Shown in pieces: positions 9,759 through 19,307 of a DNA stretch of 64,000 nucleotides. This stretch comes from Opitutales bacterium (lineage in GTDB: Bacteria > Verrucomicrobiota > Verrucomicrobiia > Opitutales > Coraliomargaritaceae): positions 72,172-136,171 of the forward strand of contig JBMYNR010000001.1 in the NCBI GenBank assembly GCA_049598495.1. Direction: 5' to 3'. Numbering within the stretch: the stretch's first letter is position 1; each line of letters starts with the position of its first letter. The notes beneath the pieces were generated by a model. It made no database searches and was not told where the DNA came from. It worked only from the letters and a program-made list of their open reading frames with translations. Position numbers and translations under genes: made by a program.

Positions 9759-10486
9759 ATCGGTCTGCGTATCCTGTGGCGATATTTCTTGGCGAGGGCT
9801 TCGTTGTGTTCGGCCCCGCCGTCGGCATTCTGGCTCACATAGGTGGGTGGCGTCACACCCATTGCAATCAGGCTCTCAATAATCTCCATGGAGAGGAGAT
9901 TCAGGAGAAGCGCGCCAGTCATGGTCGAGGTCGGGCCCACCTTATAGGCAAATCCAGGGGCTTCGATCGAGGCGTCGCCGGGCAAGCCTCCGTTGTCGAG
10001 GACCAAGTCCGCAAGTTCGTATAGCTTCTTTCCGGATGGATGACGCGAACTGGTCGATTTCGACATCGCGAGAGAAGTCATCGCGATTACCTTGAGGCCT
10101 GAGTCCCGTGCCTGCATGGCTACTTCAATCGGGCTGGCGTTGCGCCCCGAGTTGGAAATGACGAGTATGACATCGCTTGGTTGAACGGCATACTGATAGG
10201 TGTAGCGTTGAAAAAGTCGGGCCCCGTAGCCCGGAATCTGCTCGGGCCAGCCATCCGCAGGATCGTTGATGCTGCTGACGGGGACCAGACCGCCGGCACG
10301 CCGCTCGATCTCTGTTGCTAGAATCTGAGAGTGACCACTTCCGAAGCTGTGCAGGACCCCTCCTGCGGCAATTGAATCGGCAATCATCTTGCCTGCGGCT
10401 CTCAGGGTGTCTGCATTATCCGCGTAGACCTTGTCCTGAAGCATATTCGAGGTGTCGAAGAACTTTTGTGCGAGAGACATGTTCAT
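9755..10486 (-). CDS. SIS-domain sugar isomerase-like protein
   Basis: [30 protein letters not shown] motifs. Confidence 0.85.
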   Translation of the reverse strand: MNMSLAQKFFDTSNMLQDKVYADNADTLRAAGKMIADSIAAGGVLHSFGSGHSQILATEIERRAGGLVPVSSINDPADGWPEQIPGYGARLFQRYTYQYAVQPSDVILVISNSGRNASPIEVAMQARDSGLKVIAMTSLAMSKSTSSRHPSGKKLYELADLVLDNGGLPGDASIEAPGFAYKVGPTSTMTGALLLNLLSMEIIESLIAMGVTPPTYVSQNADGGAEHNEALAKKYRHRIRRPI

Positions 10487-10505
10487 ACTTTCTATTTGAA
10501 CGATA

Positions 10506-10576
10506 GGTAGGGACGGTTGCCCTCAGCCGTCCGAATTGTGTTCTCCTGCGGACGCCTGAGGGCAGGCGTCCCTGCC
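10506..10576. repeat. REP-like inverted doublet (REPIN)
   Basis: GGTAGGGACGGTTGCCCTCAGCCGTCCG and the inverted CGGACGCCTGAGGGCAGGCGTCCCTGCC; each arm is itself palindromic. Confidence 0.8.
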
Positions 10577-10579
10577 TTC

Positions 10580-11206
10580 TTATTTTTTAGGCAGGATGAC
10601 GCGTCTACGCGGGACGACCTGATTACGATTCGTGCTGTTCTTATTGCTGTTCAAGGAATTGGGCGGCGCAATGGCGGGCAGCGTCTTAGGAGACGCGATG
10701 GTGACTGAGCTTGCCACCGGAAGGGGGGCTTGGGTCGCACGCGTGAGACTTAAACGCTCGGATCGCCCGCTTTTTGTGAGCGTGATACTCTGCGAGTCCG
10801 CGTCGTAGCCACCTACGACCATACCATCCTCCATGGAGTTCTCCTTAAGCCAATAGCTGCGCTGTTCTCTCTTGTTGAAAATACTGAACTGTTTGATCCC
10901 GTCGAGCTCGGCAAGGCCTCGGAATTCAAGCTCACGGGCGATTGGGCCATTGGTCGAAACCACCGGTCTGGGTGGTTCCGAGCTTTTTACCCCATAATCA
11001 GCTGGCAAGAATGGGTTCTTGCTCTCGAGCGTGGCCGCACCGAGTAACGCCACACTCGTAAGAGTGAAAGTGAGGGTGAACGTGTAAGTGAGTCCGCGCA
11101 GCGAGCGCAGGGGCGTTGTTCGCGACGCCCGCGAACTGGAGACAGTGCTTCGGCGGGCGCGACAAGCCAAGCCCCTAGGGATGGACTCTGTAAGCAATTG
11201 AACCAT
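10580..11206 (-). CDS. Secretion-cluster protein, possibly GspC-like
   Basis: TAATG overlap with the gspD stop; hydrophobic segment then NPFLP and a beta-rich domain (ELEFRGL...FSIFN...SYWL). Confidence 0.65.
   Translation of the reverse strand: MVQLLTESIPRGLACRARRSTVSSSRASRTTPLRSLRGLTYTFTLTFTLTSVALLGAATLESKNPFLPADYGVKSSEPPRPVVSTNGPIARELEFRGLAELDGIKQFSIFNKREQRSYWLKENSMEDGMVVGGYDADSQSITLTKSGRSERLSLTRATQAPLPVASSVTIASPKTLPAIAPPNSLNSNKNSTNRNQVVPRRRVILPKK
11107..11178. repeat. Intragenic REP doublet (72 bp)
   Basis: 27-nt arms GCAGGGGCGTTGTTCGCGACGCCCGCG and (rc) CTAGGGGCTTGGCTTGTCGCGCCCGCC. Confidence 0.75.
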
Positions 11207-13326
11207 TACAGTCGGCGGTGGGCGCGGGGCTTGGTGGTTTCGCGTTCGGGTTTCTCTTCTTCGAATTTACTACCTTCCATGTAGATTCTTCCTGTAGTGC
11301 CTGTTCTTAAATACTCCAACACGGAAGTGCCCTGTTCGAGAGACTGGATTTTATCCTTGGCCATAATGTTGGCTTCTTCGGCAGTCTTTAAGACGGTAGG
11401 CCTTACAAAAATAATCAAATCGGTGCGCCTGTAGTCTTCGGTGTCACCGCCGAAGACTTTGTTTAAGATGGGGAGTCGTCCTAGGATCGGGAAATAAGCG
11501 TTGCTCTCACTTCGTCGGTTTTCCTGAAGGCCACCAAGAATTATAACCTCGCCCGAGTTGACGGTAATTGTAGAAGTAGCTTCACGACGACCGATGATCG
11601 GTTGTTGGTTTCCATCAATCTCAACTTCTCCTGCAACATTGTCTACTGTCTGTTCAATAGTCATTTGAACACTCTCATCTTTTCCTATAAGAGGTGTGAC
11701 AGTGAGTTGGATGCCGATGTCTCTGAACTCGACAGAGCTTCTTGTATTATTGTTGCTGTCAAGCGAGCTAGTTGAAGAGGTGATTATGGGGCGTGATTCA
11801 CTGACATTTACGACGCCCTCCTCGTTATGACTAACGACGATTGTTGGCGTAGAAAGAACCTTAACGTCGCTGTCGGATTCCGCCGCCCTAAGAACTGCAT
11901 TTACGAGTCCATCCACGTTACCGGTGAAAGCAAAGCCCGAGCCAAAAATGCCACCTACAGCTTGAGAAATATTGCCATCAGAGTCTTGGGCCAAGTCGCC
12001 ACCAAACGAAAGGTCTCCGTCTTCGGTAAGAGTGAAACCAAAAGATGTAATGCCACTCGATTGGTTCTCTCTTAGTGAAACCTCCGTAATAATCGCCTCA
12101 ATTCTTACCTGCGGTAGCGGGATATCGATTTTCTCGATGAGTTCCCGGAGAGTCTTTAGGTCCTGCTGGGTCCCGTAGGCGACAATGGAATTGGTGCGCT
12201 CGTCTGCGGAGAGTCCAACGAAGTTGGAGAACTGAAGGGAACTGTTGGCCTCCACAGGGCTGCTGGAGACGGTATTATTTGTCGGCGGGGTTGGCGCGTT
12301 GTTATTATTGCTAGGTCGATTGTTCTGCTCGTTTTCTCGGGCGACTTGAGCGTCTTCCTCGCGACCCTCCTTCTGGCCGGAGATAATGTCTTCGATGATG
12401 GGCACAACCTCCTCTGCCTTCGCCTGCCTAAGTTGAAAGACCTCGCTGCTGGTAAGCGGGGCCGCGTCCACGTCGACACTGGCGATCACCTCCATGATGA
12501 CATCAAGATTTCCTGGATGTGTGATCAGAATGAGTTGATTGGTCCGTTCATCGGCTGTGACACTGGTATTGCCTTCGAGGTAGCTTTTAAGGGGGCCGTC
12601 AATGAGGTTCTCAATACGTTCCTGCATCTCTGAGGCTTGGACAAAGTCCAGCTTGATGAACTGAATGGACTCACGAATATCCTGTGCGGTGTCAGCTTCA
12701 CCGAGGATGGTTTCAATCCGCTGGAGATTAATTAGTGCGTCCGTAATGAGCAAGGCGTTGGACTTGGGGAATGGGATGACACTCGAATTTTGAGAAAGCA
12801 TGGGCTGAACCAAGGGGGCAGCTGCTTGTTCCGCGTTGAGATAATCGAGTTTGAAGAGCTTTGCATAAATCTGCTGGCTGGGGTCGAGGTTGAGCGTGCT
12901 TCCGCCAAGCATTTGCGGCACATGAGTGTTCACATTCGTTGCCGGCACGGCCTTCATGAAGCGCCCACCCATATCGGTGAGCATCACTCCGTTGAGAGTG
13001 AGCAAGCTCTCGAGTGCAAGAACTGCCTCGCGCTTGGTCAGGGCGCCGCGTGAATCGAAGGAGATCTTGGTCACCGGGAGATCCTGCCGGCGCAGGATGA
13101 TTTTTTCCGTCATCTGCTCAAGTAGCTTGAGCACTTGATCTGCGGAATCCTCTACGAGAACCAGGGTGCCAATCATTTCCTCGGGCTTCTTGAGTTCTGG
13201 TTCGACCGGCGAGGCGACTGAGCTTTCCGAGACGGGTCGTTCAAGACTGCGGCCCTCTTGTGCATGGCCGATTGTGTATGCCGCAGTTAGGAGGCTGACT
13301 AAAAATATGTAATGGGAGCGATTCAT
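11206..13326 (-). CDS. gspD: Type II secretion secretin
   Basis: Signal peptide, N-domain repeats (ADERTNQLI, ADERTNSIV), PQVRIEAIITEV, VLSTP, ILGGL, PILGRLPIL, LIIFVRPTV. Confidence 0.93.
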   Translation of the reverse strand: MNRSHYIFLVSLLTAAYTIGHAQEGRSLERPVSESSVASPVEPELKKPEEMIGTLVLVEDSADQVLKLLEQMTEKIILRRQDLPVTKISFDSRGALTKREAVLALESLLTLNGVMLTDMGGRFMKAVPATNVNTHVPQMLGGSTLNLDPSQQIYAKLFKLDYLNAEQAAAPLVQPMLSQNSSVIPFPKSNALLITDALINLQRIETILGEADTAQDIRESIQFIKLDFVQASEMQERIENLIDGPLKSYLEGNTSVTADERTNQLILITHPGNLDVIMEVIASVDVDAAPLTSSEVFQLRQAKAEEVVPIIEDIISGQKEGREEDAQVARENEQNNRPSNNNNAPTPPTNNTVSSSPVEANSSLQFSNFVGLSADERTNSIVAYGTQQDLKTLRELIEKIDIPLPQVRIEAIITEVSLRENQSSGITSFGFTLTEDGDLSFGGDLAQDSDGNISQAVGGIFGSGFAFTGNVDGLVNAVLRAAESDSDVKVLSTPTIVVSHNEEGVVNVSESRPIITSSTSSLDSNNNTRSSVEFRDIGIQLTVTPLIGKDESVQMTIEQTVDNVAGEVEIDGNQQPIIGRREATSTITVNSGEVIILGGLQENRRSESNAYFPILGRLPILNKVFGGDTEDYRRTDLIIFVRPTVLKTAEEANIMAKDKIQSLEQGTSVLEYLRTGTTGRIYMEGSKFEEEKPERETTKPRAHRRL

Positions 13327-13449
13327 TTGAAAATGTAGCTAGGGCACGCGGTTGCCGTGCAGAGGATATTATTTGAGAACCTTGCGGTGGCTGAGGTGCC
13401 CCTACAGAGTCGGGCGGCTATCTGGTTAGACGTTCTTTTGCGAAAAGAT

Positions 13450-14007
13450 TCATAAATTTTGATCCTTAAGATCGAAGGAGTTGATTTCATAGCGCACGTC
13501 GAGCTGCTCCGGGTTGCGTCGGTTTTTCTGTATTCGGACGTTTTGTAGGTTGATGTAGGGTGTCTCAGTTTTGAGTAGGATATTGAGCTTTATGAGTTGA
13601 GCAATTGAAATTTGGCTCAGGCGGACTCGCAGATTATGGTCGTTAAAAATCTCCCCTTCACGAGTGCGAACCGGGTCGATATCGGCTTGGCCTGATAGCT
13701 TGGCTTGGCGGATGAGTCCATCTACCCGCCCTGAAAGTTGTGCGGCGGCATAGGTTTTTGAGGGATCGACTCGTTCTAGAGCCGTGGCAAGGCCCTCCGA
13801 GTAGAACTCACTACGGTCAAGCCATTGTTGCTGGGTGCTTAGCTCGATAGTGGTTTGTTGCTTATTCGTATGCCACTGCCACAAGCGCCCCATCCAGCTG
13901 TTTCCCCAGAGCAAGAGAATGACTAGAATGAATAAGAGGGAGAGGAGCTTTTCCCGAAGGCTCATCTGCCGGTAGTAGGTGTTTACTTTGTCTTTCAGGG
14001 TGTTCAT
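13450..14007 (-). CDS. T2SS GspM-like protein
   Basis: MSLREKLL followed by a single TM helix; position after the L-like gene. Confidence 0.65.
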   Translation of the reverse strand: MNTLKDKVNTYYRQMSLREKLLSLLFILVILLLWGNSWMGRLWQWHTNKQQTTIELSTQQQWLDRSEFYSEGLATALERVDPSKTYAAAQLSGRVDGLIRQAKLSGQADIDPVRTREGEIFNDHNLRVRLSQISIAQLIKLNILLKTETPYINLQNVRIQKNRRNPEQLDVRYEINSFDLKDQNL

Positions 14008-15170
14008 CCGTTGCTTTTGCTCTCTATTGCCAGATCACTCGGCGCTGGTTCGGGTGGGCTTGGATCCTGATGGGTGTAATCAAGGGTCACTGTGAAAGTG
14101 GTTTTCCCGGATCGTGTAATTGATTTTGGATCCCCGATTAGCTGGAAAGCTCCGGATCGACTCAAGGAGTCCGTATAGGCATTGAGTTCATTGATCGTAT
14201 TCGCTTTGCCCTCGATGGTGATACGGTTGATACCCTCGATAACGACCTCGTCGTATTCGATACCCGTGTTGCCGAGTTGGATACGGATTTCGTTGGCCGC
14301 CTCGAGAATCCCGATTGGGCGCAGTTCATTTTTCGCGACCTGATCGAGTTTATTCATGAGACTCTGCTTGTCCTCAATCCGTCGAACCTCTTCTGATTGT
14401 TCTTCGATGGTCGCTTGCCGAGAGCTTTGCCAAGATTGTCCGATAAGAAGAAGTCCTTCCAGAAGCACCAACAGAACCGCGAAGCGAGCCGCATATCCCA
14501 ACAATTTGGTCACCCAAGTGGTGGTGCGGCGGACGTTGCGTTCGGCGATTTTGTAATCCTTCGGTCGGATGTCGGCACGCCAGAGGTTTTTTTCATCCGG
14601 TTTGAGTGGGGTCCAGTGACCCTTGTCCCTGGATCCAGCAATGGTTTTAAATTCGAAAGAGGTTTGGTCCGATTTCTCGATTTCGGGGGTGATGAGCTTC
14701 AGTCGCAGGGGAGCTTCTGCTGCGTCCTGTGATGTCTCTGAGACGCTTTGAATGATGCTGGGGAGGCCCTCGCCGGCAGGGCAGTCCAAATGGGTGATGC
14801 CATCTTCGCTTTCGAGAAATACCTTGGTTGGTTCCGTGAAACGAGCCCCTTGCAGTGTGGCGAAGTCGGGGAGGACCCAGATATATGCTTCCAGCTCTGT
14901 ATAGCCTGCCCGATGGAGGCGATCCCGGAGAGCTGCGTAGATAAGGATATTTGTCTGCTCCGGGTCGACTAAATAGCCCCAGTAGAGTTGATCGAGGGGG
15001 AAGGGCGCGAGCCCCTCCATACTGAGCTCCGCGAAGTCATCGAGCTCGCCGGATTCGAGTGCGGTAGGTACCTCAACCAGCTCCGTGAAGAAGTAGTCGG
15101 CCGGAACGATGCGCACATCGGGGTTGGGCGAGTGCTTGTTATTGGGGTCTATGTTTTTTGGCGCGCTCAC
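14004..15170 (-). CDS. T2SS GspL/PilN-like protein
   Basis: EGLAPFPLDQLYWGY cytoplasmic domain, a TM helix and a PilN-like C-terminus (ITIEGKA); GTG start. Confidence 0.65.
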   Translation of the reverse strand: MSAPKNIDPNNKHSPNPDVRIVPADYFFTELVEVPTALESGELDDFAELSMEGLAPFPLDQLYWGYLVDPEQTNILIYAALRDRLHRAGYTELEAYIWVLPDFATLQGARFTEPTKVFLESEDGITHLDCPAGEGLPSIIQSVSETSQDAAEAPLRLKLITPEIEKSDQTSFEFKTIAGSRDKGHWTPLKPDEKNLWRADIRPKDYKIAERNVRRTTTWVTKLLGYAARFAVLLVLLEGLLLIGQSWQSSRQATIEEQSEEVRRIEDKQSLMNKLDQVAKNELRPIGILEAANEIRIQLGNTGIEYDEVVIEGINRITIEGKANTINELNAYTDSLSRSGAFQLIGDPKSITRSGKTTFTVTLDYTHQDPSPPEPAPSDLAIESKSNG

Positions 15171-15185
15171 GAAGGTAATACAGAT

Positions 15186-16283
15186 TTAGAATGAATCGCT
15201 TTCGTTTTCAATGTCTAGTGCGGAATAGCGGCCGGGGTTGTCGCTTAGATCGCCCTTTGTATACTCCGACAGATGTAAGATTTTAAACGGGTATTGAAGC
15301 GCATCCTGCTCGCTCACGGCACCTGTCTTGGGAGTATCCTCAGCGCTCCGACTGGGTGCGCCTCCATCGCTCGAGCCGTTGAAATTCGGCTCAACCAGGG
15401 CGCTCACCGAAAATGGCACGTTGCCCCGTCGCAGCGTCACGGTCACACGAAGCAGAGCAACCTCTACACTGCTGAGTTGGCCATTGGCGGTATCGGGTAG
15501 CTTGCGGAGATAAGGCACCTCGTCCAGGCCATCAAAGATAAAGTCCTCATCGTAGCCGTCTTCGAGTGCCAGAACTTCGAGCACGGATTGGGGGCTGTTG
15601 TTCAAGTTTACAGGGCCGGTATTCAATACGCAGACCATGGCCTCGAGTTGCGCAAAGAGTGCATTCGGGTGACCTGCTTCGTCAAAGAATTCGTCTTCCC
15701 AGATCTCAATTAGGCGAAGCTCATCTAAGCTCTGGAGAGGGCCGTTTGCCGCACGGTAGGGTGGGTCCCGTTGGAGGTAATCGTCCGACTCAGCGCCGTT
15801 CAGTCGTCGATTATCATCTTCGTCAATCCAATCCAGTAGCATGCTACTCAGCTCGCGCGCTATGCCGAAGTCGAATTCGAAGCTCTCTTCCAGCATGCGG
15901 TTGAGCAAGTCCTCGCTCATCGTATTAATCGGTAGTTTTCCACTCTCATCCTGCAGTGTGACACTCACTTCCCAGTCATTCGGTATTTTGATACCCGCAT
16001 AGTTGAGCGGGTCGGACCAACCCTGCTCAGGTGCGTAGAGTTTGCCGTCGTCGATCAGTGCCACCTCGTGGACTGAGGCAAGGGCCACTTCGAGCATGCT
16101 GTAGGCAAATGTGCGGACATCGGTCGGTTCGTTGAAGATGGAGCGGTATTCGAGATCTTCAATGGCCTCATCGATGAAGCGGGTTACAATAAGCGAAAGT
16201 AGTAGAACGATGGCAAGCACCGCGACGAGCACACTGCCACGCTGGCGTCCGGAGCGATTCTGTTCTCTGCCAGATCTCATCAT
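15186..16283 (-). CDS. gspK: T2SS minor pseudopilin GspK
   Basis: RG|SVLVAVL, DESGKLPIN, LLDWIDED, GAES, PLQSLDEL, VNLN motifs. Confidence 0.9.
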   Translation of the reverse strand: MMRSGREQNRSGRQRGSVLVAVLAIVLLLSLIVTRFIDEAIEDLEYRSIFNEPTDVRTFAYSMLEVALASVHEVALIDDGKLYAPEQGWSDPLNYAGIKIPNDWEVSVTLQDESGKLPINTMSEDLLNRMLEESFEFDFGIARELSSMLLDWIDEDDNRRLNGAESDDYLQRDPPYRAANGPLQSLDELRLIEIWEDEFFDEAGHPNALFAQLEAMVCVLNTGPVNLNNSPQSVLEVLALEDGYDEDFIFDGLDEVPYLRKLPDTANGQLSSVEVALLRVTVTLRRGNVPFSVSALVEPNFNGSSDGGAPSRSAEDTPKTGAVSEQDALQYPFKILHLSEYTKGDLSDNPGRYSALDIENESDSF

Positions 16284-17377
16284 TAGAAAAGCAAAGCGGA
16301 TTGCGACGGCACGCGGATCGTCAGGGTGCGGGTTTTGGTCTCACCCTCGTATTCGAAAGTGAGCTTTAGAAATCGCGGAAGAACAAACGCTTCATCATCT
16401 TCGTTTTTCATGGGCTCATCTTTTTCCTCCCATTTTTCGAAGCGCTCGTCCCAGTAGATATATTTGATCGCCGTCACCAGATCGCTGATCGGCGTGCGCC
16501 GCAGGCCCTCTTCCTCTTCGGATTCCTCCTGAAGCGGCGTATACCAGAGTAGCGAGAGTCCTTCGTCGCGTTCGAAGTAGAGAAATGTCTCGACCCCGAT
16601 GACAGGTGCATTGTCCGTTTGGACGAATAGTGGCGGTGAGTTTCGGAGCCGGAAATGTAGCAGAGGATCCCTAAATCTGGCAAATCCAGGAGGCTTGGAC
16701 CATTTTATGGGGTCTTCGGCCACGCTTAGCAGGCTGCTACCGCTGCTACCTGTGGAGGATGCGGAAGTATTCGAGGAGGTAGCACGGCTCCCCGTTTTGA
16801 TTCCTACGCGGGGGGGGGCGTTGGGGGTAGCTTGCGACGGATTTGCTTCTACTTCAACTCGGTCGGGGCCTGTTCCTTCGTTAACGGACTCACCACGGTT
16901 TGTGCCCTGCGTTCCACGAAGTGCGATTTCTTGGCCGGCCGAACTAAGGCAGGCTTGGATAAATTCGGTAGCGCCATCGACATGATCCTCGAAAAAGTTG
17001 CGATCCTGGCGTTTAACCCAGGCGTCGGTGATTGAGACGAGTAGGGTGGCTGCACCGGCGAGGAGGGCGCCCGCGATGGTCACTGCGAGGATGACTTCCA
17101 GCAAAGTAAAACCGGTGGCAGCTGCGCTGCGGGTGGTTGGTTGAGTGGTTGAATGGGGAAGGTAGGGCTTGCTGTCCCCAGAACCAGGAGGGTATGTCAC
17201 GAGCCGTTCGCTTTCGGGAGTATCGAACAAATCAATTTTCAATGAATTGTAGGGGTGCTGCTTGCGATACCCGCGAAGGTTTGAAACTCTCGGCACACAT
17301 CGGGAAACTGGCAAGTCCGCGGGCTTCGCAAGCAAAGCCCCTACGACGGGTAGCTTAGTTTGTTTGTGTGCGTCCAT
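16283..17377 (-). CDS. T2SS pseudopilin (GspJ-like) with an unusually long leader
   Basis: G|FTLLEVILAV prepilin motif at residues 89-90; ATG overlaps the upstream TAA; true start uncertain. Confidence 0.8.
   Translation of the reverse strand: MDAHKQTKLPVVGALLAKPADLPVSRCVPRVSNLRGYRKQHPYNSLKIDLFDTPESERLVTYPPGSGDSKPYLPHSTTQPTTRSAAATGFTLLEVILAVTIAGALLAGAATLLVSITDAWVKRQDRNFFEDHVDGATEFIQACLSSAGQEIALRGTQGTNRGESVNEGTGPDRVEVEANPSQATPNAPPRVGIKTGSRATSSNTSASSTGSSGSSLLSVAEDPIKWSKPPGFARFRDPLLHFRLRNSPPLFVQTDNAPVIGVETFLYFERDEGLSLLWYTPLQEESEEEEGLRRTPISDLVTAIKYIYWDERFEKWEEKDEPMKNEDDEAFVLPRFLKLTFEYEGETKTRTLTIRVPSQSALLF
17249..17344. repeat. Intragenic REP doublet (96 bp)
   Basis: GTAGGGGTGCTGCTTGCGATACCCGCG and (rc) GTAGGGGCTTTGCTTGCGAAGCCCGCG, 22/27 identical. 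Confidence 0.85.
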
Positions 17378-17853
17378 TAAAAGTTCCAGCCCCCTCGCAT
17401 ATCCTCAAGGGCATCGCGTTTCTCCTGTAAGAGGTCCGAGCGATCGTCACTCTCCGACCAGGTCGGGCGAAGTAGATAGAGTATTTCAGTGTGTTCCCCT
17501 GGGAGGTCTTCTGGGGGGTTGCTGAAATCGATTCGAAGTTCCACTTTGAAAAGGTCGACGATGTTGGTCGGTTCTATAGTTGCTTCCCAGGATGCCTCTT
17601 CAAAGTGCAGTGTTTTAAATCGACCACCGTCCTCGGCATCTTCGAGCTTCGGTTCCAGTAGAAGTTGCATGCGGACGGCGCGGACGTCGGCTTCGAGGAG
17701 ATCATGGCGAATGCTCCGTTCCCGTGCGAGGAGGGCATTCGTGAAGGAAAGAGTCAGCACCGTTGCTGCCGCTCCGAATATAGCCACGGCGATGACCACT
17801 TCGATCAGCGAAAATCCGACCTTGGCTCTCAGGCTATTGGAGGACTTTCTCAA
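17377..17853 (-). CDS. T2SS pseudopilin (GspI-like)
   Basis: G|FSLIEVVIAVAI motif; TTG start overlapping the upstream stop. Confidence 0.8.
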   Translation of the reverse strand: MRKSSNSLRAKVGFSLIEVVIAVAIFGAAATVLTLSFTNALLARERSIRHDLLEADVRAVRMQLLLEPKLEDAEDGGRFKTLHFEEASWEATIEPTNIVDLFKVELRIDFSNPPEDLPGEHTEILYLLRPTWSESDDRSDLLQEKRDALEDMRGGWNF

Positions 17854-18368
17854 TTCGCCCCCCTGACTAAGCTGGAGAAGGGATCGAAGACGAGGCGCAC
17901 GGCGTTCCCGGAGCCGGCATCAATTTCCGCGACAAAGGGACTTGAACTCATATCGGGCGCGAAGGCAATCTCAGCGGTTTCCAACTGTGTGCGGTCCGGC
18001 TGAGGAAAGGGCTTAAGCCCCTGTGCTGAGGGGACGAGGTAGAACCGAATCTCGCCGCGACCCTCGTTCCCAAAGTCGTCATCGAGTGAGAAGCTTTCGC
18101 CTGAGCTGAGAGCGAGTGCCCCAGTTTCCTTATTGAAACGGATCGTCGTGACCCGACGTTCGCTGGCGGCGTGATACCTGGCCGAGCGAATTGCGGAGCG
18201 GAGCGTGTCTTCAGGTGAAACTACTTCACCTCGATCTGCGAAGGCCAGAAAGTTCGTAACGACAACGCTGGCGGCGACCGCGATTAGGGCGATCACCAGA
18301 ACGATTTCAATCAGGGTAAACGCCGCACGCGATGCCCCTGCCTCAGTTTTTCCAATTGCCAATGTCAT
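17850..18368 (-). CDS. T2SS pseudopilin (GspH-like)
   Basis: [15 protein letters not shown] motif; probable ATG at 18368, inside the last codons of gspG. Confidence 0.75.
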   Translation of the reverse strand: MTLAIGKTEAGASRAAFTLIEIVLVIALIAVAASVVVTNFLAFADRGEVVSPEDTLRSAIRSARYHAASERRVTTIRFNKETGALALSSGESFSLDDDFGNEGRGEIRFYLVPSAQGLKPFPQPDRTQLETAEIAFAPDMSSSPFVAEIDAGSGNAVRLVFDPFSSLVRGAN

Positions 18369-18786
18369 CGGCGCTTTCGGTGCCGTCTGGCCCGAGCGAC
18401 CAGACGTCATAACCGCGCGCGCCATTGATATTCTTCGAACCGGGGTAGCGATACCGGTAGGCTTGTTTCCACGGGTCGAGTGGGACTTCTTCGAGATAAG
18501 GGCCTCTCCAGCGCGATTCCTTACCGGCGGGTGCACGCACAAGTGCTTCGAGGCCTTCCTCTGTCGTGGGGTAGTTGCCAACATCAAGCTTGTAGGGGGT
18601 CAGTCCAATTTTTGCCGTCTGGTTCACGAAAATATCAGCAACTTTCGTCTGCTGTCCACCAAACACGTTGTCGAGATTTCCAATGGTCACGGTGACCAGA
18701 ATGGCGATCAAGGCGATCACGATTAGAATTTCGATGAGGCTGAAGCCTCCGCTTCGATTAAATTTATTATGAGAGATCGTGGTCAT
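18343..18786 (-). CDS. gspG: T2SS major pseudopilin
   Basis: [42 protein letters not shown]. Confidence 0.95.
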   Translation of the reverse strand: MTTISHNKFNRSGGFSLIEILIVIALIAILVTVTIGNLDNVFGGQQTKVADIFVNQTAKIGLTPYKLDVGNYPTTEEGLEALVRAPAGKESRWRGPYLEEVPLDPWKQAYRYRYPGSKNINGARGYDVWSLGPDGTESADDIGNWKN

Positions 18787-18860
18787 CTTGAATGGGTATT
18801 GGTTTGGTTAGTCATCGATTGTTCGTTTTTGTTTCCAAATAAAGGTGGCCTGTCGAGGGC

Positions 18861-19307
18861 CTATTTTAAAGCTTCCAGTCGAATATGGTGACTCTGATCG
18901 TCAAGAATGGTTAGAAAGAGGTGCCATGCATCCTCAGGTAAAGCGTCTGGGATGCGCTCCGGCCATTCGACTACGAAGCACCAGGGGGATTGTAGAAAGT
19001 CTTCTATCATGAGGGCATCGAGGTCCGCGCCCGATTCGAGGCGATAGGCATCGAGATGGATCAGTTGTCGCTCTTCGCCTCGGTAGATCGTATAGAGATT
19101 GAAGGTGGGACTGGTGACCGCCTCATCGATGCCCCAGGCACGCGCGAGACCGCGGACAAAGGTCGTTTTGCCCGCGCCCAAATCTCCGTGGAGTGCCAAA
19201 ACTGAATCCGGTGGCAGTTTTGTCGCGAGTTTAGCGGCCCAGGTTTCGGTCTCTGATGCGCTGTGCGAGCAGATACCGTGCTGCAATTCTGTAAGGAAAT
19301 CACTCAT
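18861..19307 (-). CDS. tsaE: tRNA t6A biosynthesis ATPase TsaE
   Basis: [37 protein letters not shown] overlap with thiL. Confidence 0.95.
   Translation of the reverse strand: MSDFLTELQHGICSHSASETETWAAKLATKLPPDSVLALHGDLGAGKTTFVRGLARAWGIDEAVTSPTFNLYTIYRGEERQLIHLDAYRLESGADLDALMIEDFLQSPWCFVVEWPERIPDALPEDAWHLFLTILDDQSHHIRLEALK

Noticed and set aside
18369..18587. Long N-terminus of the GspH-like ORF
   Set aside because: It overlaps gspG in another frame; ATG 18368 gives a normal-length leader
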